From positions 1-13,536 of the forward strand of contig JAUSKK010000032.1 of NCBI GenBank assembly GCA_030649345.1: a DNA stretch of 13,536 nucleotides, given 5' to 3'. The notes beneath the pieces are model-generated. The model did no database searches. It was not told the DNA's origin and saw only the letters and a list, made by a program, of their open reading frames with translations. The DNA is from Candidatus Iainarchaeum sp. Lineage in GTDB: Archaea; Iainarchaeota; Iainarchaeia; Iainarchaeales; 0-14-0-20-34-12. Positions 13,095-13,536 of this stretch are shown here, one piece after another; position 1 is the stretch's first letter; every line of letters begins with the position of its first letter. The position numbers and the translations under genes are program-made.

Positions 13095-13536
13095 TTAATC
13101 CAACAATAGTTTTTCCAATTCTTCTAAATCTTTAACTATATAATCTGCTCCTGCTTGTTTTAATTCTTTCTCAGAATTGTCTCCAGTGAGTATTCCAATA
13201 CAATATTTTAATCCTGCATTTTTTCCTGCTTGAATGTCTTTAATACTGTCTCCAATAATTGCGCTTTCATTTGCTTTAAATCCTGTTTCCTTTAACGCAA
13301 TTTCTATGCATTCTGGGTTTGGTTTGGGTTTGTTAATTAATTCATAACTGACAATGGTTTTGAATTTTTGTTTAAGTGATTTTTGAAGTACAGCCATTAA
13401 TTGTTTTTTGGATGTATTGGTTACAATTCCTAAAGTATACTGTTTAGCTAGCTTTTCAATCACTTGTTTGGCTTTAGGAAATAATAGTTTTTCACTGGCT
13501 TTTTGACTGTATAAAGGTTCTTTTTCTTTGAGCAAT
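13095..13536 (-). CDS. HAD-superfamily hydrolase (subfamily IA, phosphatase-like), 5' end outside window
   Basis: The C-terminal part carries HAD motifs: LGIVTNTS (motif II region), KPKPNPE (motif III Lys) and IGDSIKDIQAGKNAG (motif IV). The N-terminal DxD motif is absent, so the gene continues past position 13536. The listed Met at 13535 is not the real start. Confidence 0.8.
   Translation of the reverse strand, partial: LLKEKEPLYSQKASEKLLFPKAKQVIEKLAKQYTLGIVTNTSKKQLMAVLQKSLKQKFKTIVSYELINKPKPNPECIEIALKETGFKANESAIIGDSIKDIQAGKNAGLKYCIGILTGDNSEKELKQAGADYIVKDLEELEKLLLD

Noticed and set aside
1-13536. Scan for CRISPR arrays, rRNA genes, IS transposases and known defence genes (Cas, restriction-modification, toxin-antitoxin signatures such as the HEPN Rx4-6H motif or the MNT GSxxDxD motif).
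   Set aside because: No regularly spaced 25-40 bp repeats with unique spacers, no rRNA-like conserved blocks, and no ORF with the corresponding catalytic motifs were seen.

Overview
Low-GC, gene-dense window that looks archaeal. Markers are the archaeal-type D-aminoacyl-tRNA deacylase DtdA, isopentenyl phosphate kinase, type-2 IPP isomerase, a XerA-like tyrosine recombinase and an initiator-type tRNA-Met with an A1:U72 pair. Composition and gene content suggest a small-genome (DPANN-like) archaeon, but that is inference only. Layout, left to right: tRNA-iMet (65-139); a 440-bp iteron-rich spacer; a PadR-like winged-helix ORF; an unknown ORF; a PRC-barrel protein and xerA. Next come a long non-coding gap with a possible micro-ORF, dtdA, and a 432-aa multi-HTH orphan with a visibly different composition. 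A small cassette bounded by inverted repeats carries a basic 113-aa ORF, followed by a second long gap. Then a 3-gene minus-strand operon ends in a secreted PEBP-family lipoprotein. A divergent winged-helix regulator follows, with its palindromic operator repeated 1.7 kb away upstream of a Cys-rich membrane-anchored protein. The window ends with a tightly coupled HAD-IPK-IDI2-small membrane protein operon that runs off the right edge. No CRISPR array, rRNA or recognisable transposase was seen. The most notable non-genic signals are: (i) a dispersed 16-24 bp motif family with core TGTCCAA, nearly confined to intergenic DNA, with copies pointing into each long non-coding gap; (ii) a 25-29 bp inverted-repeat pair bracketing 6261-6986; (iii) a 28-bp operator-like repeat built on TTTCCTnAGGAAA; (iv) a helically phased GTAATTA(C) array over a leaderless promoter. 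I found no recognisable complete known defence or mobile system. The candidate novel pieces are orphan DNA-binding proteins and their repeat architecture, and all functional readings of them are hypotheses.
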